Source of the DNA: Octopus bimaculoides
Taxonomy: Eukaryota
Assembly (NCBI RefSeq): GCF_001194135.2
Contig: NC_068986.1
Location: 24,380,932-24,414,386 of the forward strand
Direction of reading: 5' to 3'
DNA length: 33,455 nucleotides
Shown here piece after piece: positions 11,554-24,327 of this stretch. Numbering within the stretch: position 1 is the stretch's first letter; each line of letters begins with the position of its first letter. A program made the translations under genes and the position numbers. The notes beneath the pieces are model-generated. The model was not told where the DNA came from. It ran no database searches and worked only from the letters and a program-made list of their open reading frames with translations.

Positions 11554-12559
11554 GGTGTCGCAGAGTTCGATGATATCTAACATTTTAGATAAATGTTTCG
11601 TATGAATCTCATCTCTAGGTCTAGTAGTTCAAACTCCTAACATGTGACTGTTGATGAAATCAACGCCAATACTTGATGAAAAAAAGAATTCTTTTATCTA
11701 CCCTACGAGGATACTGTGAATGTTTCATGAAAGTGACGGGAGGCTGTTGTGTACAAAAATAAGGTGATTATATCTTAGATATAAATCAACATTGGCGAGA
11801 AAAAAGTTCTCTTGAAATAAAGTCCATCGACTTACACAACACTATGTTAACGTAATCGCTATCAAAAAATGTTGAGAAGCAGTTATTGTTTGTTGGAAAA
11901 TTGTAATCAACAGCATTATTGTTCACAATCTGCAATACAAAATAAGAAATAAATTATATGAACACCCAATAACTGAACTTCTAATTTTGTTGGAAAATTC
12001 CCTTAAGATTATATCGCATACTAGACACTTAGACGTTTTACGATAATCCATATTCAGAAGAGATATATGAGGGTTATCGATTAAAATAAAGTAACGTTCG
12101 TATTTGAGTTTAAAAATCAGTACACTGGTTGTAGAAACGGTGTGCATTTATACACTTTTTTTCTCATTTGCAACGTCAGTCAATATAAGCTCTAAAGAAT
12201 TCCAAGCTTACGGTACGGTTTCGTTAACAGATAAATATAGTCGTTTTCATTACTTTTCTAATACATTGCATAAACTTATGGAAAATTCACAACTATTGCA
12301 TTAGAGGTATTTTACTATTCTTCATCATGTATATATATATATGTATTCAATTCAAAGAAACGAACGATAAAATTATTAATGACAGACAACAAGACGACGG
12401 GCACAAGGAATGTATTAGTTTAACGTTGAATAAAAAGGGAGAGTTTTTGCCGTTTCGAACATAGTTCCTCATCGGTAAGAAGAGAGGGAAAAGTCCAAAG
12501 AAGACTTCGTTAACAGCACGTGTGTATTTATGGAATCTATGTAACATATTCACTTATAA

Positions 12560-12633
12560 GGCGTGAAGCAATCCGAAAGTGGAATATATGGTTGCACTGC
12601 GAGTCACTTAACCACTCAGTTATACTTGCGCCA
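12560..12633 (-). mobile_element. Possible old tRNA-like SINE head (family B-like)
   Basis: Reverse complement ggcgcaagtataactgagtggttaag...gcaaccat loosely resembles the head at 26100-26171. Confidence 0.35.
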
Positions 12634-12895
12634 ATTTTTTATTTAACGTTAGAGTCATTTTAGAATTTATTGAAACGTTTTTAGGTTTATCGTGTAATCA
12701 TTCAATTCTCAGGAACATTGTTATTCCGGTAAGAAAATTTGATTTCCGTTAAATTACTTATTATATTCCTGGCTTCTGTTCAAGTGACTTTGCTATAACT
12801 TTTATTATATATTGTAACACAAGCAGTCTCAATGAAACAATCATTCTATCATAACAATAGCGATAACAGTTTGTTTTGAAAGGTCTCTGATTGTT

Positions 12896-12911
12896 ATAGA
12901 TAGATAGATAA

Positions 12912-12975
<64 letters not shown>

Positions 12976-12978
12976 GTA
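12896..12978. repeat. (GATA)n microsatellite
   Basis: Direct reading. Confidence 0.95.
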
Positions 12979-13049
12979 GATATTTGTGTATCTGTGTGTT
13001 GTGCGATATAGTTTTTTTCTCATATATACATACATACACCCGCATATTT

Positions 13050-13084
<35 letters not shown>

Positions 13085-13088
<4 letters not shown>

Positions 13089-13417
13089 ATTCTTGTATTC
13101 TTTTATTCGTTTCAGTCATTTGATTGTGACCATGCTGGAGTACCGTCTTTAGTCGAAGAAATTGACCCCGGACCTATTCTTTGTAAGCCTCTTTTGCCGA
13201 ACCGCTAAGTTGCGGGTACGTAAACATCGGTTGTCAAGTGATGGTAGGGGGACAAACAGACACACAAACTTGTACACACACATACACACACACACACACA
13301 TACATGCATACATATATATATATACGACAGGCTTCTTTGCCCGATGCTATAGTAGAAGACAGTTGTCCAGGGTGCCACGCAGTGACACTGGACCTGGAAC
13401 ATGTCTCTCCTGTGCCT
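13085..13417 (-). mobile_element. SINE family B (head/CORE-like part, internal CA/TA microsatellite, conserved tail), with deletions
   Basis: Collinear with 25569-26171: tail 13108-13270, microsatellite 13270-13322, head/core 13321-13417. Confidence 0.85.
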
Positions 13418-15144
13418 CTTTTTTGACAATATATATTATATATGTGTGTGTATATTCTCTATCATATATTTATTTCTAATGGACGCTATTATGCACACAA
13501 CCATATCGGTCACTATGTACTTATTCGACCTGCTAGCAATTGCAGTGAATTTTTCATCAAATCTTACATTACCGCCTTGAAGAAATGCACAAATTATTAG
13601 ACAATGTAGTCATCGATATACCAAATGACGATGTAAAATGTCTAATCGATCAGATTTTATCTGGGGAAAAATCCACAATCCTGAAAAACAATACTTATTA
13701 TATAGGGTAAAACCAAATATTAAAATTCCGTGTTATCTTGAGAAGCTAGTCAGGCAGCTTTCATTGTTAACTCTTGTCTTATGATAATAAAACAAATAAT
13801 GATATATAATAATGCTAATTATCATAATAAAATAAATTCTGTAAAAACAATATTAAATCTAAAATTATAAACTGCCCCTTCAGAAAAGGAATTCAGCTCT
13901 GATTACTATAGGCATAGATTCAATGTCACGATTGTAATTTGATTAATCATGGATTTGCAAGGTTAGATTTGAAATAAGGCCTTCCAAGGAGTGCTACAAG
14001 GAAGAAAAGCTCATCTTACATTTTTATCATTACTACTGGATTATTATCTTATATTTATGCTTTTAATGACCTTATGCGCATCTGAAATATATTCTCTGAC
14101 CAAAAAACCGTCATAAATTTACCTTTCCGCGATTTGCCTGCACAAAGTATGATACACAGATGGCATTAATTATAACGATGTTTTCTTGATACCTCATTTT
14201 GTTTTCAATAAATGATAGATTAAGGAAGAAATGAGGATTTTTCTTAGATAAGTATTTTTACTAATTCATTTCAAACTATAGTGTAATAATGGGGGATGAA
14301 GCTGATATACGCTAATTCAATTCGATGCATATGTACTTTGTATAATGGGCCACAAGCCACTTATGATACACTGAGAAATGTTATTTTGGAAAATACTTCA
14401 CATAGCTGTAAGTTTTCATAAATTACCAAATGAAGCAACAAATGCTTGCTTTTTTTATAAAAAAATTTAATCCACTGATAATGACTGGGCTGAATATCTA
14501 TAAAACAGTCAGCAGGCCTATTTCAAATATCTAATATGAAAATTCACTGAAACTAATCAATGCTCTGTAGATAAATTCAATATATTTGGTTCTATACTTT
14601 AATATATCAAATATAAAAATATCTGAGTATAATAGTAATATTATTAACACTTACATAACCTCATAAAATTCTTCATTTGGTCGACTGAGATGTTTGCCAC
14701 TTTACAGTTAATAAGAATTTTTTTTTATTAATATTCCAGGTTAAACAAATCTATTTTAGACTTGCTCTTAAAGATTCTCTCTGGAGTGTTACAATTTTGC
14801 TAATATTAAGTAAAATAATTCATTGGCAAATTTAGCAACGGAAATTATTCTAAAAACTACCCCAGTAAATATATAAAATTGAAGTGTTATCCACTCGCAT
14901 TCTGTTTGTTATCAGGGATTTCTCCTAACTCTATGAAGCATTACGGATATATATATTTATTAAAAAAAAGTACAACTATATAATCGTATTTACAATACTT
15001 AACTGGAAAATATTATTCCGAACTGAGGTTTTCTTTGTAAATCTAAGCATTGTTTTTACCACATTCTCTCGAAAGATTATTTTAAACGGTTGTATTAAAC
15101 ACAGCGATAAATATATTCCGAAAAGCTGTTGATATGCACAATAC

Positions 15145-15168
15145 GCACGCACATACAAATACACACAC

Positions 15169-15215
<47 letters not shown>

Positions 15216-15608
15216 NNNNNNNNNNNNNNNNNNNNNNNNNNNNNNNNNNNNNNNNNNNNNNNNNNNNNNNNNNNNNNNNNNNNNNNNNNNNNNNNNNNNN
15301 NNNNNNNNNNNNNNNNNNNNNNNNNNNNNNNNNNNNNNNNNNNNNNNNNNNNNNNNNNNNNNNNNNNNNNNNNNNNNNNNNNNNNNNNNNNNNNNNNNNN
15401 NNNNNNNNNNNNNNNNNNNNNNNNNNNNNNNNNNNNNNNNNNNNNNNNNNNNNNNNNNNNNNNNNNNNNNNNNNNNNNNNNNNNNNNNNNNNNNNNNNNN
15501 NNNNNNNNNNNNNNNNNNNNNNNNNNNNNNNNNNNNNNNNNNNNNNNNNNNNNNNNNNNNNNNNNNNNNNNNTATATATATTTATATTTATATATATATA
15601 TATATATA
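15145..15608. repeat. (CA)n, assembly gap, (TA)n
   Basis: Direct reading. Confidence 0.95.
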
Positions 15609-15999
15609 GGAAAGAGATCAGTTACTAGAGCTAGTTCTTCCACATTACTTAGCATTGTTGTTTTCTCTTTGCACAATTGTCGTTTCCGTTTCACAACAGC
15701 TATGTAACGTTTCTTTTCACAGGAACTCTGTAAATCTCTAAATTCAGTTTTCATATTTAAAATCTCTAGTCAGCAAATTAATCCTTAATGGATGATAACC
15801 TATCGAAGATAAATCCTTCGTACTAAGCCAGCAATAAAGTGGGCCTTTTCAGCTTGCTAAACACAGAATTTTCTTTTTTTATAAAGGATATTTTTCTGCC
15901 ATAAAACAATTCTCCTCACTTAGGAGATTATATGTCTAAGATATTAAAAGATGTAATGCAATTACATGAAATATAATGAGGATTATATTATTTGGCAGT

Positions 16000-16107
16000 T
16001 GATAACATGAACCCAGTGTTCAACCGCTACTTATTTTATCGACTCCGAGAAGATGAAAGTCAAAGTTCACCTCGGTAGGATTTGAACTCAGTACGTTAAG
16101 AGCCAGA
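16000..16107 (-). mobile_element. SINE family A fragment
   Basis: tacttattttatcgactccgagaagatgaaagtcaaagttcacctcggtaggatttgaactcagtacgt resembles the reverse complement of the body of 27557-27760. Confidence 0.8.
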
Positions 16108-17344
16108 TATTGTTTTTCACCTGTTTTGATTTATTGTGTTGCCTTGATAAGCCGGGTTTCTTGAGGAAAGATATAACCGAATGAAATTACCTCAGGAACT
16201 TCCCCGTGGTATCAAAGACACTTGAAACTATTATGAAATTAAATGTAAATTGACTCCTGCACGATTAAGTCTAAACTACAGAAGGCAGCATCTCAATACT
16301 GTAATGGTCGTCTACTGTTTCATTTACTCAACCAATAATCTTTCTTGAAATAATCCAGAAAAAATTATAGCTTAATGGTTCTCAGATATTGAAAGTGATA
16401 CCTCAGGCCCAGTTCACTTCTTTCAATACCATTAGCTTAAATATCTATCTTTTTTATATATGTATATACTGTAATTGATTCCATTATGAATAAGGAAGTT
16501 GATGTTTATTGTATAAAGTCTTTCAATTACTTATATAAATAATAAACTATATATTTGTACCATTGAAATAGAAACGCAAATATATTCTTCAGTGCGAATA
16601 TATTTGTATGATGCAACATTTCAGCAATTTCCTCCAATATAGGCTTTAATAACTTGACAAATTGTTTGATGATATTTATAAATAAAGTCTTATAATAATT
16701 TGTGCTTTCGATTTGCTGCAAAATATCAATATTTATACTGGAGCAGGTCCCAACAAACCATTTATTAGAGCTCAAACGACGGTGATGTTATATTTTAGTG
16801 CCAAATAAGAAAAAAACGTTACCTTATTACATTTAAATCGATAGTGCCAATATAGTTTCACGTGAGTTTACTTTATCGACTTATAACTGTTCAAGCTGTG
16901 TGTATTTGCTAACATTCTTCAAACATTAAAGAATTTATTAACATTGTTTGGCTACCATTCTGAACAGTTTCTCTATATATTAAATGAATTTGCATATTGA
17001 ATATTTATTGATGAAATTAATGAAGTGGAATAAACAAAATAGAGTTTTGTTTCTTTGCATTTTAATGCAAAATATTCCAAACCTATATAAAGCTATTTGA
17101 TAGTCAGTTTCAATATCAGCGAGAGATATTAAATCAAAAACGTCTGAAAGATTTAGTGATAGAGATGTTTGCATAGCAGTTCAGAAATATCAGGTAATAA
17201 CCGTAAAGGTAAAATAGTCTGCTATATACGTATATTAAATATATATCTATAAACGACTGAGTACTTGCCAGGTAAGCATCAACAAACAGAAAACAGCACA
17301 CGTGCGTAATGTTGATATAGAATGACAGCTTCATATACGTATAT

Positions 17345-17605
17345 ATGTTTGTGTGTGTGATGTGTGTNNNNNNNNNNNNNNNNNNNNNNNNNNNNNNNNN
17401 NNNNNNNNNNNNNNNNNNNNNNNNNNNNNNNNNNNNNNNNNNNNNNNNNNNNNNNNNNNNNNNNNNNNNNNNNNNNNNNNNNNNNNNNNNNNNNNNNNNN
17501 NNNNNNNNNNNNNNNNNNNNNNNNNNNNNNNNNNNNNNNNNNNNNNNNNNNNNNNNNNNNNNNNNNNNNNNNNNNNNNNNNNTATATATATATATATATA
17601 TATAT
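17345..17605. repeat. (TG)n, assembly gap, (TA)n
   Basis: Direct reading. Confidence 0.9.
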
Positions 17606-18079
17606 GGGTATGTATAAGCATATAGTCATACATTCACACACCTGCACAAATGTTTGTTTTCGAAAGTAATATTTTTATTACGTAGAAGTTAATATCCTGT
17701 TATCGCAACATGATTTGAACGAGATTTATATGTCTTTTTAGGTAGTCATTTCTCTGTTGGAACATTGAGCTTGGTTCTTCAGATTCACGAGACGTGTACC
17801 ACGACCACTGCTACTGTCACTACCGCTGATAGCGATAAATTTTTAAATGTTGTCGTATCTATTCACAGGCTACTGGAGCTGAACTTGAGAATTATGTGTC
17901 TCAGTGAAAAATACGGGTCAATATCAATGACAACATACTTTTGATCCCCCATATTCAGATTGGGTTGTAAGAAGTCACAACATGCAGTAGATTATTGCTC
18001 TCCACCTGTCACGGGCGATGTCTCTGTTGTCTCTGTTTTTTTTTTGTTTGTTTTTTTTCGTTTATCCGTTAAGAACAAA

Positions 18080-18835
18080 CCTTGACTGAGAGGCCAGGGT
18101 CCCCTGAGATCAATATGAATGTGGCGAAAACGTCCATCAGGAGTATTAAAAATGCCGAGAGGGGCATGGATGTGTTTATGCACTTTTTGGCATTGGAGGC
18201 AAGATCGAGACCATTCATTAATGTCACGTCACGTCTCATATTTGGCTAGAAGAATTTAGCCGTTATGAGATTTACTAAAGCAGAGACACCAGGGTACGAA
18301 AGACTGTGCAGAGCTTCGAATGCAGCTTGTTGATGAGTCTCTGGGATGAAGGGACGAAGCGAATCCGTTGACACATCACACAATATCTGTATGTCAGGTG
18401 TTGTTAGAGGCAGATACTTGAATTTGCATATCGCATATCAGAAGATGTGTCCAGTGAGTCTAGAAGAGGTTGGTCGAGGACAGAACAGTCAGGTTAATCT
18501 CTGGAGTGAATAACAAAGAATTCACCGGCAGGCGGGACAATGCATCTGCAGCAGTGTTCTGAGCTCTGGAGATGTGCTGGATATCATTGGTAAACTGCGA
18601 TACGAAGTCCAGGTATTTAGTCTCTCTCCCTGAATACTACCTCAAGGCAAAGGTAGGGGGCTTCTGATCGGTATAGATGATAAAGTTTCTACCATCGGGG
18701 ATGTGCTGAAAATGCTTCACGGGCCGGTAGATTGCCAACAATTCGCGACCAAATGTGCTGTAACGCGTCTTAGCAGGTTTCAGCTGCCGAGAGAAAAATG
18801 CAAGAGGTTGCAGGTATTGTTTGTAAAGCTGCTTC
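18080..18835 (-). mobile_element. Ty3/Gypsy LTR-retrotransposon pol relic (RNase H C-terminus, connector, integrase Zn-binding domain and start of core)
   Basis: QPLAFFSRQLKPAKTRYSTFGRELLAIY..VKHF....GRNFIIYTDQKP (18640-18810); YLDFVSQFTNDIQHI...NTAADALSR; ILCDVST..LRPFIP; FEALHSLSYPGV; INEWSRSCLQCQK; HKHIHAPLGIF.TPD.RFRHIHIDL.GP.PLSQG (about 18080-18180). RNaseH-then-integrase order is Gypsy-type. Stops and frameshifts present. Confidence 0.92.
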
Positions 18836-18878
18836 AAAAGTAGCAGACGTTTTTTAAAACATGCAATGCCGTCTGATC

Positions 18879-18935
18879 GAAGGTGGTGATCGAGCATGGC
18901 GGCAGTCCAATGACTGAAAGAATTGAAAAATAATA
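18879..18935 (+). mobile_element. Isolated 3' tail fragment of SINE family B (or its partner LINE)
   Basis: gaaggtggtgatcgagcatggcggcagtccaatgactgaaagaattgaaaaat resembles the family B tail, including the cagtc/gactg stem. Confidence 0.7.
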
Positions 18936-19846
18936 CATTTTTATATTTTTTGGCAAGGATTACATTTAATGTTTTAACAAGAATGTAAACACGAACTAAG
19001 TGCAAATAATTTTGTTTATGAACAAGGAGGAACATGCCCTTAAGTGATGTGCACACTCATTTCAATCTAAATTTTATTTCATCATTTCAGAGACAGTACA
19101 AAATTTGAAGATACACTTTAGATGATTCTGATTTCAGTTTGTGATTAGATTACTTGTCTCGTGTTGACATTTTTGCTATATATGCAGTGAAATAGCCTTA
19201 TATAATAGAATCTACAGAGTACAGATTGCGTAGTAGAATTTAATTACGTGCATTTATTCTTTGGGTTTAAGTCCGAACGCTACAGGCTTTTGCATTTCGT
19301 CTTCGATAAATAAGCACTATTTTACAAAACTTCTCACGCAAATCATTTTACTTTGTAGCTAGTAAGGAAATTTCTTTGCTGTCTCTTTGTCTGCCAGATA
19401 GAAATACCAGACATTCCTGCCTCGAATCACATGCCGCTACATAGACATAAAACAATATAGTGGATACAGTATTATGTTTCAAAGAATTTTTGGATTGTCG
19501 GAGTTGATCACGAATCGGCCCATCAGAGCTAATATGTGTCTCATCAACAACATAATCAATTTATTGCTCTACAATTACATGATGTATATGATGCAGAAAC
19601 TTATGCGTTTACGGGCAAAGAACACAACTATGAAATTATTATCCTTGTTATTTTGTTTTGTTCAAGGTTATACATTCCTTAATAGATATAAACGTCTTTT
19701 GCTACTGTTGGAGATTAAATATATTATATCAGACAAAAGTATGGAACTTCTTATCTAATGGCGCACTGCATGACAAAATCATTTTCGGAGAAAGCCATAG
19801 AAGTAAATTAATTAATTTTAAGAACACCTTTCGGCAAATTGAAAAG

Positions 19847-19872
19847 CATATACATACATACATACATACATT

Positions 19873-19954
<82 letters not shown>

Positions 19955-20012
19955 CCCCGCACCATAAAACAGTCGCACGCACACACGCACACACACACTG
20001 ACACACACACAC
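19847..20012. repeat. Compound TACA/CA/TA microsatellite
   Basis: Direct reading. Confidence 0.9.
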
Positions 20013-20014
20013 GT

Positions 20015-21135
20015 TTATGTAAGGTATATTCGCTATGAAGTGTATTTTAGGCCAGAGGCAGTGAGGAAGCTGTTTCGTAAAACGCTTGCAAGATCACAGC
20101 TTGGGAATACAGCCCAGCCCTTTTTCACTTCTCAGTATCAGCCAATGTCATGATATTCATCATCTTTCTTTCTATGCATCCATTTATGTTTCTCAATCGT
20201 CCCTTTGTGGCTTTCCTATACCTCTTTTACCAGATATTTGTCCATGCATAACCATATTCTCAGGGAGGAATGTGTTGTCATGTCTTGTTGCATAACCAAA
20301 CTTCTTCGTATTCTACCTTTGAACAGTCTCGTGTTTCTCCTGATTCTGAACAATTTATTTGTTAACTTTCTCGTTTGTTCGATGCTCGATATAGGGATTA
20401 CGAAGAATCATTCTATAAGATTCATTTCAAAAGTGTTAATCTTTTTTTACACAAAAGGCAGACCTTTCACATTTTCACACAACCTTGACATTTACAAAAG
20501 AAACCCTGCTCTTTTCCTCTTCTTTAATTTTCTGCAAGCCATAGCACTATATGCCGCACACGGTAAAACATCTTTCTTTAAAGTTTTATAACGTTATTGT
20601 ACACGAGACACATGAGTTACAAGTATTTTTCTCTTGCAGGCTACAAATCAGTTCAACAATGTTTCGACCATTTTAGAAACTAATCAGTGTTGCACTTAGA
20701 TCATTGTTATTATTGGCGTCAATCGAGCGAGTAAAACATATCAAAAACCCATCTTGCTTAGTTGGCTAATGAAACTCTTTATACGGTTGTTTTCGCACTC
20801 TTTGTTGTTTCCTTTCTCTGACAGAGCTGTAATAGTTAGTTCTGTCCATTTACTAAGCCATTCTCCACTATCTGAATCACTAATACAACGTTTATAAAGA
20901 ATCTCGGTGTGATATTCACTTCATGCATAAATTTTATTTGTTCCAGTTGATTTAATTGTTAGTTTGAAATAGCTTGCATAGATTCTGTAGTGTTCTCTTG
21001 CTATTGTATAACAAACAGCTTTCTTTTCGTGTTCTAACACATTACTTTCTACTCTGCTTTTGTTACTGTAATGTTTTTCTCAACTATTCTCTCGGCCTAT
21101 AAATTTATTTATTTGCAATGGTTAGAAGGCTGCCA
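20015..21135 (-). mobile_element. Decayed RTE-clade LINE ORF2 with internal deletion of the RT core
   Basis: KSTGTNKI, SGEWLSKWTE (20840-20866), KGNNKECENNRIKSFISQLSK (about 20760-20815), LLARLTP, SF*NGRN...QEK, then a jump (about 20620) to NTFEMN..RMILR.PYIEHRTNE (EHRTNE 20371-20388), KFGYATRHDN, MHGQISGKRGIGKP (20209-20243). These are typical RTE N-terminal RT and C-terminal motifs. Confidence 0.85.
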
Positions 21136-21329
21136 TATTACTTCCAATACCCTGATATTTGGTTAACCACTTTTGGTGAGATATTTTGGAGTCGATGAGA
21201 AAATACCAATCCAGGGCGGATCAGGAAAATTGTCGAACAAAATGTTTTGCAATATCTCTTCTTGATCTTTACCTTCTCAGTTCAACTACCATCATAACTT
21301 ATTTGGGTGGTAGACTTAACCTATCGCCC

Positions 21330-21490
21330 ATTTTAACACCACCACCTGGCAACTTGAGAGCCCTGAGCAAAGCACAATTAGTTGCAAGCATTCGGGCCAG
21401 GCCTTCGGTCTGAAGATAACTTCTTCCATTGCTTCCATTCTTCCCTCTTTCCCTGCAGTATCTGAAGATTTGTCAAGTCTCAAGCTGAAT
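21330..21490 (-). mobile_element. Possible second RTE-like 3'-terminal fragment
   Basis: QILQGKRE ... LSSDRR ... RMLATNCAL followed by ggtggtggtg; loosely like RTE C-termini. Confidence 0.3.
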
Positions 21491-22247
21491 GTCTCCCTCC
21501 CTAATTATAGAAAAGGGAAACAAATTATATGTTTTTTCTTAATTTCGCTTTGGTGACATTGTACGTATTTAGAGTTTGTGTTGATTTTAGTATTTTTTGC
21601 AGTCTTAATATCCTTTGTTACTTTCCATTGGTTGATATGTATTCTATTCGTGGTGTTTCATTTTCATAACGTTCTTGCGGTAGCTCTTTTCTTTCATGAC
21701 TACTGACTAAAATAGTTTAATGCAAGGATTCTTAACTTTCTTTATTTTACCAACAATTGTGTGAGCACTTATTAGTTTTTCAGAGCGTCTTATTAATTCT
21801 TAATGTTTCATCTAATAATTACAGAGTTCAGTTGGTCTCCTCCTATCAGCCATTTAAATCCAGCTGTTAAATTAATCACGTTCATTATCTTAATCATGTA
21901 TTTTGGTTCCTCTTCATTTACGTGAACTTAATTTTTACTGTCATTATTAAAATTACGTGTACTGGAACACCTCCAGCTTAAGGCCCATTATACTCAATTG
22001 ATATATTTTGAGGATTAAAGTAAAAATTTCTAAATTGATGTAGCTATCATAAATTACCCCCGGGTGAATTTTATGGCATTCTGTTTGATGTATTGCAGGT
22101 TTTATAATTAGTTCGCGTGATTTAACAACTTCTATAGTCCTTTGTTATTGTTATAGTTCAAAAATATAGGTAGAACCAGATATTTCCTAAGTGCGCAAAG
22201 CATCGAATCCATGTTTGCATTCCCAATTTTTTAATATTATTAAGCAT

Positions 22248-22325
22248 ATAGGGGAAGGCATGGCTGAAGGATGAAGATGCCCGCATTGCAAACACGTGCG
22301 CTCGGGTTCATTCACACGGAGCAGC
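22248..22325 (+). mobile_element. SINE family B head (old, CORE-like part missing)
   Basis: ataggggaaggcatggctgaaggatgaagatgcccgcattgcaaacacgtgcgctcgggttcattcacac aligns loosely with the reverse complement of 26100-26171. Confidence 0.55.
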
Positions 22326-22341
22326 TATATATATATATATG

Positions 22342-22389
<48 letters not shown>

Positions 22390-22399
22390 TATGTGTGTA

Positions 22400-22686
22400 T
22401 GTATATCTCTTCTACTTTTCATCATTCAAATTCTTCTTTTGAAGGAGCTGGTTTCGAAGAAAGAGACAAAGCTCCAACTTTGGAATCTAGATAACGAAAA
22501 CAATATTGCATTGTAAACCTGAGAAAATACTTGCATACTTTTACTGTTCCACTTATAGAATGTGTTTATAATGTATTTGTAATGTATTTGTAATATACGG
22601 GAGTTTATCCAGACTGATAGTTAGGCATTTGCTTACAAAACCAAGTATTCCAACTATTGTTGGTATGAATGTAAATTTGTAATCCA
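22400..22686 (-). mobile_element. R4/Dong-like LINE, 5'-truncated 3' fragment (copy 2)
   Basis: DYKFTFIPTIVGILGFVSKCL..LDKL...TLQIH...SGTVK.CK.FL, plus a 3' UTR that aligns with 3930-3990 and 28600-28670. Confidence 0.8.
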
Positions 22687-22748
22687 TGTATGTATGATAT
22701 GTATATATGGATAGATGGATGGATGGACGGACGGACGGACAGACGGGC

Positions 22749-22787
<39 letters not shown>

Positions 22788-22800
22788 TAAATAGATAGAC
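22687..22800. repeat. Graded tetranucleotide array ATGT, GATG, GACG, GACA, GATA
   Basis: Direct reading. Confidence 0.9.
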
Positions 22801-23003
22801 GTGTATTTGTGTTTAAGTTTGCCTTTGTCTCCCACACTGCTTGGCAACCGGTATTCGTTTGTTTATGTTCGCGTAATGTAGCGGTTCGGAAAACGAGACT
22901 GATACTAACCTTTAAAAATAGGAATTAGTGTCGGTTGATTTGTTCGACTGAACCGTTCAAGGCAATATCCCAGAATAGCTGCAGTACAAGAACTGAAACA
23001 AAG
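22801..23003 (+). mobile_element. SINE family B tail (old copy)
   Basis: tttgtctcccacactgcttggcaaccgg...gtagcggttcggaaaacgagactgata...gatttgttcgact...caaggcaatatcccagaatagctgcagt...actgaaac aligns with the reverse complement of 25600-25790. Confidence 0.8.
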
Positions 23004-24327
23004 CATGCATTTCTATAATTAAACTGTTGTGTTGCTTACTTTCATATTCTGCTGGAAATCAAGGCACACTACATTACTGAGACTAATGAGTTCTTGCGGA
23101 AAGAAGCCTCGACTATTGTTGCGTTTGCTTTACTCCCTACTTAAATATATCGTAGAGAGAGAGTATCTTTCACAAATTCTCTACAGTTTGTCCATTCATC
23201 TTAAGAGAACTAGAGGCTTAAGTAATTTTTTTTTAATATATTACCATTAAATTGATACATTATAGAATATAAATCATTGGGAATTAGCTACGTATGTTGC
23301 AGGTCTCAACAAAATCAAATGCAAAAGAATTGTCTATTGGTTACCTGTTTCTATTGTTTATCAGTTTAATTCAAGTCCTCGAACTTTGTTTAACATGGAT
23401 GGAGACAGGATTGAAAATTTGATACGTTATTTTCGCCACTTACAAGCATTTCTGAGTACCGCTTCTTTTGTTATGTCTTTTCCACGTAATTTAATAGCGT
23501 GTTCTACTAGTAAAAATATCGATACTTTGAAGGCTGACAATGTAACACCAATTTTGAAATTGTACGGTGTAAATTTGTTATCTTTGTTTACACCAAAATT
23601 AATCATTTGCAAAGATTAATATACATCTTAAAGCGAAACCTGCCAATTTAAAACAGTTGTCGAGATTTACTTTCGGTGGGAAAAATTGAATTTAAGATAA
23701 TAGTGTACATTTTTTTTTTATTTTGTTATTTTTGCATACTGAAAGAAGTAGAATATCAGACGAGAATATAAGCTGATTTATATTTCTTCATTATGGTTTT
23801 GGGATCAAACCCCACTTTAAGAGTAAAATTTAATCTTCTACTCATACAGATTTGTATGTACCATACAACACTGGTGTTATATGCAGGGTAGGAAGCCATA
23901 TCTTTTTTTGCTTGTTGTGGTTAGATTTCCGTATCAAAAAAGTGATGGTCAGCTACCAATAATAGGTCCAATCAATGCCATTCGATACATTAACTAGCTT
24001 ATTACTGTTAAATAAATATTGTGACCGAGAAATTTATGATAAAAGCTGTCGCAAATTTAGTTATTCTTCCATTTATTTATTCTTACCGTCTATGAAGGAC
24101 TGCTTCTTTCATTATGTCGTTTCTTCCAAAGCAATGTGGCGTGAATTGATGAAGCTAGATCTGTTGTTCCTGGCAAGCCCCGTCACCTCATAGACGCCCC
24201 TTTCCTGACTACAATGGATGTAGAAATACAGTTCGGAGATTTTTCGAATGACAAAGTCACATTCTATGACAATATATTACATTAATATTTTACCTGATAT
24301 ATATCTACATATATATATATATATATA

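Noticed and set aside
13549-13710. 53-codon protein-like open frame (RLEEMHKLLDNVVIDIPNDDVKCLIDQILSGEK)
   Set aside because: The nearest acceptor puts a stop in frame and no family is recognised; needs RNA-seq or BLASTX.
16527-16775. 82-aa minus-strand ORF with amphipathic look
   Set aside because: No motif recognised; composition follows AT-rich codons; length is within chance expectation.
17742-17944. About 67 open codons after a plausible splice acceptor
   Set aside because: The Thr/Ala run comes from a decayed ACT/GCT repeat; no homology recognised and no strong donor.
23427-23612. 61-aa minus-strand ORF faintly like a pogo/Tigger transposase segment
   Set aside because: No DDD residues or TIRs identifiable; an in-frame stop lies immediately upstream.
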